DNA from: Macrostomum lignano
Lineage: Eukaryota
DNA: 64,000 bases
Reading direction: 5' to 3'
Assembly (NCBI GenBank): GCA_002269645.1
Contig: NIVC01000050.1
Location: forward strand, 18,791 to 82,790
Both the position numbers and the translations under genes were made by a program. The notes beneath the pieces were generated by a model. It did no database searches. It saw nothing but the letters and a program-made list of their open reading frames with translations, and was not told the DNA's origin. Positions 1 to 12,206 of the stretch are shown piece by piece (the stretch's first letter is position 1; the number at the start of each line of letters is the position of its first letter).

Positions 1-110
1 CTACCTAGTCTTCAGGTCTTTTTCGCTACCTAGTCTTGTTCTGGTCTTTGTCGCTACCTAGACTTGTTCTGGTCTCTGTCCCTACCTAATCTTTTAGTCT
101 TTGTCTCCAG
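1..110. repeat. Degenerate ~26-29 bp tandem repeat (CTACCTAG...GGTCTTTGTCG), intronic
   Basis: CTACCTA recurs four times in the first ~90 bp, with similar downstream sequence each time. Confidence 0.5.
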
Positions 111-284
111 AACTTGTTATTGTCCCCAAACCAGTCTTTTTCAGGTGTCTTTATTCTCTAGTTGTCTTCCATTTTCTTTCTCTAGTCTTAGTTTTCCCCT
201 ATTTTATTGTAGACCCAGTATTCGGTTATCTTTGACTGTATTCGCCTGCATATAAATCTGCCAATTGCTTATGCGTGTCCGCAG

Positions 285-565
285 GCGGCCAGGTGTACTG
301 CATCCCCCTTGGCGGCCTGCTAGTCCGTCAGCCAATGGCAGCCGGCGGCTCCGGCAGCACCTACATCTGGGGCCACCTGGACGCTCAGTTCAAGCCCGGC
401 ATGACCGACACCGAATGCCAGGAGTTCGTTGCCAAATCTGTCAGCCTGGCTATCAAACGCGACGGTTCCAGCGGCGGCGTCTGTCGTTTAGCCGTAATTA
501 ATCGAGGCGGCGTACAACGGCGCATTATCATGCACGAAGATTTGCCAAAGTCGTACGATGGCTAA
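285..565 (+). CDS. PSMB6: Terminal exon of 20S proteasome subunit beta type-6 (beta1); upstream exons lie outside the window
   Basis: GGQVYCIPLGGLLVRQ..GGSGSTYIWG..RDGSSGGVCRLAVI matches the PSMB6/PRE3 C-terminal half; acceptor ccgcag at 279-284; TAA at 563-565; AATAAA at 625-630. Confidence 0.93.
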
Positions 566-1136
566 ACTAATTATAACACTATTGATTGTCTGGCAGTTTT
601 TTTACTTGCTAAATCTTTTCGGTTAATAAATAGAAAACAATTAATACGCTAGTTTGACTACTGATACTAGTAGAAAAGCAGACATTTTAAGCAAAGTTTC
701 AAATGACTTCGGTAATAATATGGGATACTGTTATTTAACCGGGTTGGTCTCTGTACTTCTAATTCATATGTACTAAGAATTTGGTAATCCAGCCTTCTCT
801 GACCAGTCGTGTCACGAATACAAGTAGTTTTATATAAATAAGCCTGTTCAATTATATGTACCTTATGCAACTTTCTATTAATGTGCTGGCAATGCGGCAA
901 TATGGCATTGCCATTGTGCGATTGTTCGCGCCTAAATATATTACTGCAAAACTGCAGACCAGTGCGTCGCTGCTGCGCTACTCTGCTTTCAACTGCTCTC
1001 CCAGTTAGCAAAATACTTTAGTAATTAAAAACCTTTTGTTGAGTCGATTTTTTTCTGCTTAGGCCTAAAACAACATGCACCGGCATTGTCCGCCAGTTAC
1101 TCCTGCTCTTGCGTGTAGGTACTTGTGGACCGAGAC

Positions 1137-1850
1137 CCTCAGCTGCTTGGCCAGCCTCCCAGTTCCCCAGTTGCTGAGCCAGCCTCCCAGATCCCCAGTT
1201 GCTGGGCCAGCCTCCCAGATCCTCTGTTGCTGGGCCAGCCTCCCAGATCCTCATTTGCTAGGCCAGCCTCCCAGATCCTCATTTGCTGGGCCAGCCTCCC
1301 AGATCCCCAGTTGCTGAGCCAGCCTCCCAGATCCTCAGTTGCTGGGCCAGCCTCCCAGATCCTCAGTTGCTGAGCCAGCCTCCCAGATCCTCAGTTGCTA
1401 GGCCAGCCTCCCAGATCCTCAGTTGCTGGGCCAGCCTCCCAGATCCTCAGTTGCTAGGCCAGCCTCCCAGATCCTCATTTGCTAGGCCAGCCTCCCAGAT
1501 CCTCAGTTGCTGGGCCAGCCTCCCAGATCCTCTGTTGCTGGGCCAGCCTCCAAGATCCCCAGTTGCTGAGCCAGCCTCCCAGATCCTCAGTTGCTAGGCC
1601 AGCCTCCCAGATCCTCAGTTGCTGGGCCAGCCTCCCAGATCCTCAGTTGCTAGGCCAGCCTCCCAGATCCTCATTTGCTAGGCCAGCCTCCCAGATCCTC
1701 AGTTGCTGGGCCAGCCTCCCAGATCCTCTGTTGCTGGGCCAGCCTCCAAGATCCCCAGTTGCTGAGCCAGCCTCCCAGATCCTCAGTTGCTAGGCCAGCC
1801 TCCCAGATCCTCAGTTGCTGGGCCAGGCTCCCAGATCCTCAGTTGCTGGG
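1137..1850. repeat. 28-bp minisatellite A (TGGGCCAGCCTCCCAGATCCTCAGTTGC), left part
   Basis: About 25 tandem copies; the array is cut at 1850 by the LTR element. Confidence 0.97.
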
Positions 1851-2036
1851 TGTGAAAACTCCACTTCGGGGGTAAGACCCCCCCCAAAGGCAGAGAGCTT
1901 GTATTTAATATAGCTGGCCAACAATAAAGGTTGTCTGACAAAGCGTAAGCCAATCACACGCGCGCGTGCAGGTGTACACCTGCACTGTACATTACACTGA
2001 GCGGAGCAACTAACTGAGCAGACCCACGCTACCACA
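1851..2036 (-). mobile_element. 3' LTR (186 bp, TGTG...CACA termini)
   Basis: Direct repeat of 6251-6434; inverted terminal TGTG/CACA; PPT immediately adjacent. Confidence 0.96.
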
Positions 2037-2049
2037 TCCCTCCCCATCT
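2037..2049 (-). other. Polypurine tract AGATGGGGAGGGA
   Basis: Purine run directly abutting the 3' LTR on the element's sense strand. Confidence 0.9.
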
Positions 2050-2296
2050 ACATGGGGATCAGGGATCGCAAGAGAATACATTAGCGCAACACATTATAGT
2101 GTGAGGAACAAAAACTCAATACATAACTTAATAATAAATAATAATTAACCAGTACCAAAACTACGAAAACGCCAGATAGGAAAGCAACGACACAACAGAA
2201 TAAGGAAAATAAACCATAACCATAACAAAGTTCAAAATCCAAATTTAAACGTCCGAACACTACAGTCAATCAAAATAGTCTCTTTCACAGATGACG

Positions 2297-5200
2297 TCAC
2301 CCGTAGCTCAGGCGCTCCGGGGGACGTCGAACTCGCGACGATCGGCGCAGAGACCCGTCGATCTCAGGGTCTCCAGGAGCAGCCAGGTTTGGCGGCTCGT
2401 CTACGGTCGGCATCGCAGCTTCCGGCTCAGGTGCGGCCTTGGCGTCGGTAGCACCGTCTGTCACGCCAGCTCCTGTAGGCCGCGGCTGCTCAGGACCACC
2501 GCGGACATGGTCAACGTGCCGCCGCACCACTCGGTCGTCGCCATCGAAGCCGCACAGGTAGGAGGCCGGACCGGCGGCACCGACAACTCGCGCCGGCTTC
2601 CACCGACCTCCGTTGGCTCCAAAGTCTCTGGCCAGTACAGCGTCTCCAGTCTCGAAGGTCCGGAACCGAGCTTTGCAGTCGTGGTGCTCTTTTTGCTGAC
2701 CTTGCTTACGCTGTACTCTTGCTCCCAGGTCTGGCCGAGCTCGATCTAGCAACGTGCACAGTCGCCGTCCCATCAGGAGTTCGCAGGGAGCCACACCAGT
2801 TGTCGCATGCGGAGTGACCCGGTAGCTCAGCAGGAACCGGGCGACCTTATCCTCCAAGGAGCCTTCGCGCTGCTTCTCCAGGGACCGCTTCAGCGTCTGG
2901 ACAGCTCGTTCCGCCAGGCCGTTGGACGCCGGATGGTAGGGAGCAACGCGCACGTGCTGAATGCCGTTCTTCCGCAGAAAGTCGGACATCTCCTCGCTGA
3001 CCAAGTTGGGCCCATTGTCCGACACCAGCACATCTGGCAACCCGTGCGTCGCGAAGCTGGAGCGGAGTTTCTGGATGGTGACAGCTGAGGTCGCTGACGT
3101 CACCACATGCACATCCAGCCACTTTGAATGGGCATCGACGACGACCAGCAGCATCTTGCCAGACACCGGACCCGCATAGTCGATATGCACTCGAGACCAC
3201 GGTCGGTCAGGCCACGGCCACGACAACATTGGCGAAGGCGCCGGGGCGTTCTGCAACTCCTGACAGTCAGAGCAGGCCTTGGCCAGGTTTTCAATCTCCG
3301 AGTCTAATCCTGGCCACCAGAAATAACCTCGGGCTAGCGTCTTCATGCGTGACGCCCCCGCATGACCTTGATGCAGCACCTGGAGCAGTGCAGCTCGCGC
3401 TCCGACCGGGACCACCACTCGAGCGCCCCACAGGAGGCAGCCGTCTTGCACACTGAGCTCAGCCGCTCTTTTGGAGTATGGCAGCAGATCGTCACTGACC
3501 CGCTCTGGCCAGCCGATTTGCGTGAAGTGCAGAGCTCGGGCTAGTGTGGGGTCCCTTCGAGTCAGGCCGCGTATCTGAGCTGCCGTGACAGGTCCATCGT
3601 CCAGGTGGTCCATCAGCATGACCAGCTCTGCCAGCTTCGGGACCGTCGCCGGCTTGTCGGGCAGCGGCAGGCGACTCAGGGCATCGGCGCACAACAGTGA
3701 GGCTCCGGCTCGGTGAACCATGCGGTAGTTATAGCCAGACAGCAGCAGAGCCCACCTCTGAATTCTTCCAGATGCCAGGGCCGGCACGGCCTTGTTCTCA
3801 GCAAGCAATCCAAGCAGAGGTTTGTGGTCACTCACCAGCAGAAATGGGCGGCCGAACAGGTACGCGTTGAACTTCTTGACCGCAAACACTACCGCGAGGG
3901 CTTCCTTCTCGAGCTGCGTGTAGTTTTTCTCAGCGTCGTGCAACGTACGCGAGGCAAAGGCCACAGGCCGGACAGCTCCATCGATCCTGTGGCTGATGAC
4001 CGCGCCCAGACCGTAGGGGGACGCGTCGCACTCGAGCAGCAGGTCTTCGCTCGGGTCAAAGTGCGCCAAAACCGGAGCCGAAGACAGCAGGGCCTTGCAC
4101 TTCTCGAAAGCGGCGTTCTGAGCAGCGCCCCAGTTCCAGCGGTGTTGCTCGCGCAGCAGCAGGTGCAGCGGTGCCAGGACTGGAGACAAATTAGGCAGGA
4201 ACTTGCCATAGTAGTTCACCATGCCTAGGAAGCTGCGCAGCTGAGTTGCGTCCTTGGGAGCTGGAGCGCTGACAATTGCCTCGACCTGTCTTTGATCGGG
4301 TGCAGGCCGTCGGCATCGATGCGGTGACCGAGATAACTGACGCTCGTCTGCATGAACTGGCACTTCTCCAGCTTGCACCGGAGGCCACTCTGGCTCAGCT
4401 TCTCCAGAACCTGCTCCAGGGAGTTCAGATGACTGCTGTCGTCCTTTCCGGTGATGATGAGGTCATCGATGAAGCAGGCGGTGCTGGTGATTCCTTGCAG
4501 CAAGCAGTCCATCCGGCGCTGAAAAATCCCGACCGCTGGCGAGACACCGAAGGGCAGCCGCGTGTACCGAAGCAGCCCTTTGTGCGTATTGATCGTGCAG
4601 ACTTCCTGGGAGGCCTCATCGAGTGGCAGCTGCATGTACGCCTGCGACAAATCGAGCTTAGTGAAGAGCCGCCCACTAGTCAGCTTCGCGAACAGCTCTT
4701 CGATCCGCGGCAGAGGATACGAGTCGGGCTCCACGTTCGGGTTGACGGTCTGCTTGAAGTCGGCGCAGACCCTCAAAGAGCCGTCGGACTTGAGCACTGG
4801 CACCACCGGCGATGCGTACTCGGAGTGCTGCACGGGCACCAGGATTCCTTGTTCGATCTCGCGGTTCAGTTGGCTCTCCACCTTGTCCTTCAAAGCGAAT
4901 GGGAGATTCCTGGCCTTCATAAAGCGAGGTTGAGCATCGGGTTTCATATTCAAACTCACTGGCGGTCCGTTGTACTTTCCTAGCTCAGGCGAAAAAACAT
5001 CGCTGTACTTGTCGAGCAGCTGCTGCAGTCTGGGCGATACCCCTGGAGCAGCCGCCACCTGCTTGATTGATCTCCAGTCGAGCCGCAACTCGGACAGCCA
5101 GTCTCTTCCGAGCAGGTCGGATCCGCAGCCGGCGACCACAAGGAGGCTGAGTGACTTGGGCGGTGCTTCAGCAGCTTCCACAGCAACGCAGATGCAGCCT

Positions 5201-6219
5201 TCAATTGGCACTTTCTCACCGGAGTATGTTCGCAGCTGCATGGACGCAGGCTGCAGTGCTGGCTGGGAGTTGAGCACGGTCCTGTAGGTCTTCGAGGATA
5301 CAAGGGACACGGAGGCTCCGGTGTCCACTTCCATGACAACAGGTCGGCCATTGATGCGCACCGTCGTTGTAATTGGCGGCACCTTCGACACTCGCTTGCC
5401 GGACAGCTGGCACAGAGAGTGGGCCGTTTCCTCCTCGCAGCTGTCTTTTTCCTCGCCGTCCTGCATCTGCAGAGCCTCTCTTCTATCGTCCTTCGACTGG
5501 GATTTGCAGGCAGCCGCAGTGTGGCCGGTCTTTGAGCACTTGTAGCACTTCTGGGTGGCGAACGGGCACTTATTAGCGAGATGCTTCGTTGACAGACACC
5601 TGAAGCACCTCCTCGTCGAAGATGACTTCTGCTGTTGCTTGACAATGCTGACGGACTCCTGACTGACTGGATCTGGCTTGCTCGCTCCCGACACCAGCTG
5701 GCAGCCCTTGGCAGCGGACTCGTGGGCCAGGGCCAGCTTCAATGCCTTCGCTAGAGTGAGATCGGGCTCCGCCAGCAGCCGCCGCTGAGCGCTGTCGTTG
5801 TTGATTCCCAGCACCAGCCTGTCGCGAAGCATTGAAGTCAGGCTGTCGCCGAACTTGCAGTCGCGAGCCAGGTCTCGGAGGTCTGCGACGAAGTCCGCGA
5901 CGCCCTCACCTTCCCTGCGATTTCTGGTGTAGAATCGGTAACGATGGACGATCTCGGACTCCTCAGGCTCGAAATGGCTCTTAAGTGCTTCGCAAATTTC
6001 GGTGTAGCTCTTGGCTGATGGCTGTGCAGGAGACAGAAGACTGAAGGCCAGATGGAAGACTTTCTTGCCGCATGAACTCAGCAGAATCGCTCGCTTTTTC
6101 GCTTCCTCAGTGACGTCATTGGCAACAAAATATTGTTCTAACCTTGCTTGGTACATATGCCACGGCTCAGAGCCTTCTTCGTATGGGCCGACAAGCCCTA
6201 GTGCACTTGCACTACTCAT
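2297..6219 (-). CDS. gag-pol polyprotein with one 1-nt frameshift at ~4287 (given ORFs 4225-6219 and 2297-4378)
   Basis: Two CCHC knuckles (CFRCLSTKHLANKC, CYKCSKTGHTAAAC); protease VDTGAS; RT FIDD; RNase H LECDASPYG and SDHKPL; integrase HHCC plus IDYAG/SDNG/GLAERAV. Adding one A (GACAGGTC to GACAAGGTC) restores GLHPIKDKVEAI. Confidence 0.95.
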
Positions 6220-6239
6220 TTGCGCAGGATCGTTTCAGT

Positions 6240-6249
6240 CTCGTCGCCA
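6240..6249 (-). other. Primer-binding site TGGCGACGAG (complementary to the 3' end of tRNA-Ser GCU)
   Basis: 1 nt from the 5' LTR; complementary to ...CUCGUCGCCA, the 3' end of eukaryotic tRNA-Ser(GCU) as I recall it. Confidence 0.85.
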
Positions 6250-6250
6250 C

Positions 6251-6434
6251 TGTGAAAACTCCACTTCGGGGGTAAGACCCCCCCCCAAAGGCAGAGAGCT
6301 TGTATTTAATATAGCTGGCCAACAATAAAGGTTGTCTGACAAAGCGTAAGCCAATCACACGCGCGCGTGCAGGTGTACACCTGCACTGTACATTACACTG
6401 AGCGGAGCAACTAACTGAGCAGACCCACGCTACC
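6251..6434 (-). mobile_element. 5' LTR, lacking its outermost 3 bp
   Basis: Identical to 1851-2033 except a 9-C versus 8-C run; terminal ACA absent. Confidence 0.95.
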
Positions 6435-6569
6435 TTGTCATGATGATGATCATGTAATGATCAGCTGATTGCTTGGACTTTTTAGCCGAGCTGACGCCGC
6501 CGGAACTAGCATCATTAGACAATCGTTTGTGCGATGTTGAGCTTTTATGTTGAGAATCGTTTGTGCGAT

Positions 6570-6860
6570 TGGGCCAGCCTCCCAGATCCTCAGTTGCTGG
6601 GCCAGCCTCCCAGATCCTCAGTTGCTGAGCCAGCCTCCCAGATCCCCAGTTGCTGGGCCAGCCTCCCAGATCCTCAGTTGCTGCGCCAGCCTCCCAGATC
6701 CTCAGTTGCTGAGCCAGCCTCCCAGACCCTCAGTTGCTGGGCCAGCCTTTCAGATCCTCAGTTGCTGGGCCAGCCTCTCATTGTCAGTTTCTGACCTCCC
6801 AGCCTCCCAGAATCTTTAGTTGCTAGGCCAGCCTCCAAAATCCCCAGTTGCTGGGCCACC
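6570..6860. repeat. Minisatellite A, right part
   Basis: Same 28-bp unit resumes at TGGGCCAGCC, in register with the left break. Confidence 0.95.
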
Positions 6861-7053
6861 GTCACTCTCCAAAATTCAGAGTGCTTTGTAACTCAAACTT
6901 TAAAAATTTATTGTTTATGGTCAAAGTAACAATAAAAATTTAATCTCCAAGCTAAAGAGCTTTTGCAAAGGCTGAAAAAATAATCATTTAAATAAAAATA
7001 TAGAAGAGCCTCCAACCGAAGTTATCGCTCACGGGCACCACAGTCTACTTATC

Positions 7054-10000
7054 ATGGCCGCCTGTCTCAAGCTACATGTACTACCACTGCTAGCTCCAGT
7101 AGTATTGCAACTGGTCATCTGCCTAGCAACTGACGCAATCAGTTTCGGGTTAAGTTCCGGCTCGAAAAAGCGAACGCCAGCCACAGTCACCGGGCCAAGG
7201 ACTCGCGCCACGAATAAGCGATCGTTTCGAACTTCTGGCAATGGAAGTTCGTCGCCATTCGACACTGAGACCAACAGTCCGTTTATGTTTCTACTGCGCA
7301 GTGCTATTAATAATCCCGTTACCTATCTGCACTCGGTGCTAGTTGACCAGCTAGTTATTGTGCCCTGTTACTATGGAAACGATGGTAGACAGTTTGGCAT
7401 TAGCAGCCAGTTGGATATGGCCTGGTACCGCAGGCTGGACTCTATGCATCATCCGAGAACTTTTCCTAGCATTAACGATGGCGAAGGAAAACTAGTGGTG
7501 AGCAGGATATGGCTTTCACCGTCAGTTGATCCGCAGTATATGCTTGTGACTTTTCCAAAATCCTCGATGATCTTCCGCCCAGATCCTCAGTAACCCTCCC
7601 GAATCCCCAGTACCTTTCCCAGATCTCAGTAACCCTCCCGAATCCCCAGTACCTTTCCCAGATCTCAGTAACCCTCCCGGGTCTCCAGTACCTTTCCCAG
7701 ATCCTCAGTAACCCTCTCAGTCTCAGATCTCAGGAACCTTCCTTAACCCTCATTAACCCTCTCAGATGCTTAGTACCGCTTCCAGATCCTCAGTTACCCC
7801 TTCCAGATCCTCATGCAGTACCCCTTCCAGAGTCTCAGTACCCCATCCTGATCTTCAGTACCCCTTCCAGAGCCTCAGTACCCCTTCTAGAGCCTCACTA
7901 CCCCTTCCAGATCCTCAGTACCCCTTCCAGAGTCTCAGTACCCCATCCTGATCCTCAGTACCCCTTCCAGAGCCTCAGTACCCCTTCCAGATCCTCCGTA
8001 CCCCTTCCAGAGCCTCAGTACCCCTTCTAGGGCCTCACTACCCCTTCCAGATCCTCAGTACCCCTTCCAGAGTCTCAGTACCCCATCCTGATCCTCAGTA
8101 CCCCTTCCAGAGCCTCAGTACCCCTTTGAGAGCCTCAATACCCCTTCCAGATCCTCAGTACCCCTTCCAGAGCCTTAGTACCCTATCCAGAGCCTTAGTA
8201 CCCTTTTTAGATCCTCAGTACCCCTTCCAAAGCCTCAGTACCCCTTCCAGATCCTCCGTACCCCTTCCAGATCCTCAGTACCCCTTCCAGATCCTCAGTA
8301 CCCCTTCCAGAGCCTTAGTACCCTATCCAGAGCCTTAGTACCCTTTTTAGATCCTCAGTACCCCTTCCAAAGCCTCAGTACCCCTTCCAGATCCTCCGTA
8401 CCCCTTCCAGATCCTCAGTACCCCTTCCAGAGCCTCAGTACCCCTTCCAGATCCTCAGTACCCCTTCCAGAGCCTTAGTACCCCATCCAGAGCCTTAGTA
8501 CCCTTTTTAGATCCTCAGTACCCCTTCCAAAGCCTCAGTACCCCTTCCAGATCCTCCGTACCCCTTCCAGAGCCTCAGTACCCCTTCCAGAGCCTCAGTA
8601 CCCCTTCCAGATCCTCAGTACCCCTTCCAGAGCCTCTGTACCTGTTGTGTTTGTAGTTAATTGATGAATTCAATTCAGTCTAGTCAGACAGTGGAGACAC
8701 TTCTGTCTCGGTCAATATATTTATAGTCAAAGCATGCACGATGTACATTACTCAATCGTTAGCTAACATTTGCACGTTAAACTAAACACTGATTGTGCAA
8801 TCACTTATCAATAGATATCAGAGCAAACTATTCAATGAGTCATCATGCAAACTAAATCTCGTTGCACTGTCACAACAGTACCCCTTCCAGAGCCTCAGTA
8901 CCCCTTCCAGAGCCTCAGTACCCCTTCCAGAGCCTCAGTACCCCTTCCAGCTCCTCAGTACCCCTTCCAGATCCTCAGTACCCCTTCCAGAGCCTCAGTA
9001 CCCCTTCCAGATCCTCAGTACCCCTTCCAGATCCTCAGTACCCCTTCCAGAGCCTCAGTACCCCTTCCAGAGCCTCAGTACCCCTTCCAGAGCCTCAGTA
9101 CCCCTTCCAGAGCCTCTGTACCCCTTCCATATCCTCAGTACCCCTTCCAGATCCTCAGTACCCCTTCCAGAGCCTCAGTACCCCTTCCAGAGCCTCAGTA
9201 CCCCTTCCAGAGCCTCAGTACCCCTTCCAGAGCCTCAGTACCCCTTCCAGCTCCTCAGTACCCCTTCCAGATCCTCAGTACCCCTTCCAGAGCCTCAGTA
9301 CCCCTTCCAGGTCCTCAGTACCCAATTCGAAAGCCTCAGTACCCCTCCCAGATCACGAAACCCTTGCATTACATCTACATTCACCTGCACCCTCTCAGCT
9401 CCTCTCATAGAGCCACACGGCAATACCAGCACCATTACAGACTCAAGATTTTGATTACCCAGAATTGGTCTTTATCATGATGTAGAGCAGCATTATATAC
9501 TACACTTCCATAATCCTTAAAATATCCCTTATAGGTGATGGAGCCCATTATCGGACACAACTGGTTCCTATGCGACACAGCCTTCACTTCGAAGGTTCAA
9601 CACGCCAAGAAGTACAACATGTTCTATAGCGAATTTAAGAAGGGCCAGCTGAACATGGATTGGAACTATTATCAGGACTTTTCAGAGTTTAGCCGAGGCC
9701 AATTCAAGCATCATTTGTTTGCTAATGAGCTGGCAGTCACGGAGATTTTCGTGTTTATGAATGCCACGCTGAAAATCTTTCGCAGCGGCGCATCGTTCGA
9801 TATTGAGAAGCTGACACTGCCGCAGGAGATGGGGCAAGTCTGCGCTTGGGTTGTAGGATAACTAATGAAGTCTGACATCCAATCTACTCAAATCTGACAT
9901 GTCTCCGATCTACTCAAATCTGACATCTCTCCGATCTACTCAAATCTGACATCTCTATGATCTACTCAAATCTGACATCTCTCCGATCTACTCAAATCTG

Positions 10001-12175
10001 ACATCTCTCCGATCTACTCAAATCTGACATCTCTATGATCTACTCAAATCTGACATGTCTCCGATCTACTCAAATCTGACATCTCTCCGATCTACTCAAA
10101 TCTGACATCTCTCCGATCTACTCAAATCTGACATCTCTATGATCTACTCAAATCTGACATGTCTCCGATCTACTCAAATCTGACATGTCTCCGATCTACT
10201 CAAATCTGATATCTCTCCGATCTACTCAAATCTGACATCTCTCCGATCTACTCAAGCCTGGTATCCATCTGATCAAACTTTAATCTACGTAAGTTTCTAA
10301 TTCAAGCAAAGTCGAAATTCATTTACAGCCTATTCAAGCTGACCTTGCTCAGACTGCTCGAGTCCGAGTGTCGCGACAATGTGGATCAGTACTGCGAAAA
10401 TCCCACCGTAGACATTCTGATCCCAGTATTCGACAATGAAAACAGCGTGACAATTCAGGGCAAACTGAAACTCTATCTATCCAATCAGAAGCTGCTCAAA
10501 CTGGGTGCCGAGTCGTTTATTGAGAATCGGAAAAATGCTATTAAACGGGTGAGTTTGGTGTTAATGACCGACTCAGCAGTAAAGCGTGTCAGACTCGACC
10601 CATGGTTCGATTCCGTTTTCACACCCACCTATGAGGGCCAACCCCCAAGGCACAGAGTGTGTTCAAATGTCTGACAAATGACTTCCTCATTGTCAGGCCT
10701 GTGAATAACACCCCCGAATACTTTTATTCAGAACGCAGTCCGCTGGAACATCACCGGCCAGTCGATCGATTTGGGTCCGCTGGGCTCCTTGAATCCGCAC
10801 CCGCTGCTGCTGACGCTGGTGATCACGGCAAAGCCGCAAGTTAAAAGTGATTGCGTCGGCAGCGGCTCTTATTTGAGCGTTAAGTACGACTGGGAGTGCG
10901 GTGAGTGCACAGCTGATGTCTCCCAGGTTCCAAACACACTCAAATGTGATTCCCAAAGACACTCAAATGTGATTCCCCAAGACACTCAAATGTGATTCCC
11001 CAAGACACTCAAATGTGATTCCCCAAGACACTCAAATGTGATTCCCCAAGACACTCAAAGCGGTTCCAAAGACACCCTAAAGCGGTTCCAAAGACACCCT
11101 AAAGCGGTTCCAAAGATACCCTAAAGCGGTTCCAAAGACACCCAAAAGCGCTTCCAAAGACACCCTAAAGCGGTTCCAAAGACACCCAAAAGCGGTTCCA
11201 AAGACACCCAAAAGCGGTTCCAAAGACCGCTTCTAAAGCGGTTCTAAAGACACTCAAAAGCGTTTCTAAAGACACCCTAAAGCGGTTCCAAAGACACCCT
11301 AAAGCGGTTCCAAAGACAAGCGGTTCCAAAGACACCCAAAAGCGGTTCCAAAGACACCCTAAAGCGGTTCCAAAGACACCCAAAAGCGCTTCCAAAGACA
11401 CCCTAAAGCGGTTCCAAAGACACCCAAAAGCGGTTCCAAAGACACCCAAAAGCGGTTCCAAAGACCGCTTCTAAAGCGGTTCTAAAGACACTCAAAAGCG
11501 TTTCTAAAGACACCCTAAAGCGGTTCCAAAGACACCCTAAAGCGGTTCCAAAGACAAGCGGTTCCAAAGACACCCAAAAGCGGTCCCAAAGACACCCAAA
11601 AGTGGTCCCAGACACTAAAATGGTTCCCATGAACCTATTTTTCTCCTAATCCAACTCCCATTTCCCCGTTCAGTGCTCTGCCGCCCCGGCTATCACCTGA
11701 AAAATCAGCCGTGGATTCAAGCCGCCTCAGAGAAGAACTCCATCTGTCACATGTGCCCAGTGGGCACCTACTCAAGCGACTGGGGCAGCGTTGACTGTCA
11801 CGAATGCCCTCCGTCCTACACTACTAGAAAAGTTGGCTCAACTAAACAGTTCGACTGCATCCCGGTGGCCACGTACAAGATGGAGAACAATATTAAAGAG
11901 CTGTTGACATATTTTGGCGTCGATGAGTCCGACGAGTACAAGAAATTCACTATGCTGGCTGTGTTTCTACTGTCGCCTTGGCTAGTTTTTGTTATCTGCG
12001 TGAGTTTTTTTTTGACACTTGCTGATTATGCTACTGCTAGTAATATTATTGATTTTTAATATGCTTATTTTGCTAACATGTGTTGGAACAACGATATAGT
12101 TTCTTTGGTTGGTTGGTTGATTGATTGATTGATTGATTAATTGGTTGATTAATTTTTTGATTTATTGATTGATCA

Positions 12176-12206
<31 letters not shown>

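Larger units (their letters stand above)
1851..6434 (-). mobile_element. Ty3/Gypsy LTR retrotransposon, Mag-like (single gag-pol), near intact
   Basis: Two ~185-bp LTRs differing only by one C in a homopolymer, PBS, PPT, and Gag-PR-RT-RH-IN domain order. Confidence 0.97.

Noticed and set aside
667-1115. 114-aa minus ORF and a mirrored small plus-strand ORF after PSMB6
   Set aside because: No recognisable motif and strand cannot be decided; transcript data needed
4275-4300. Programmed ribosomal frameshift between the two retroelement ORFs
   Set aside because: The shift falls inside RT rather than at the gag/pol boundary, there is no slippery heptamer, and a single added base restores a typical sequence
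4440-4490. FIDD instead of YxDD as a dead RT active site
   Set aside because: FxDD is a common functional variant in Gypsy RTs and both aspartates are intact
2291-5576. Plus-strand ORFs overlapping gag-pol
   Set aside because: Antisense shadows of a GC-rich coding sequence; no motifs
10257-10328. Micro-exon WYPSDQTLIY followed by a 40-nt intron
   Set aside because: The GTAAGT donor is strong but phases do not close with the best acceptor; left unresolved
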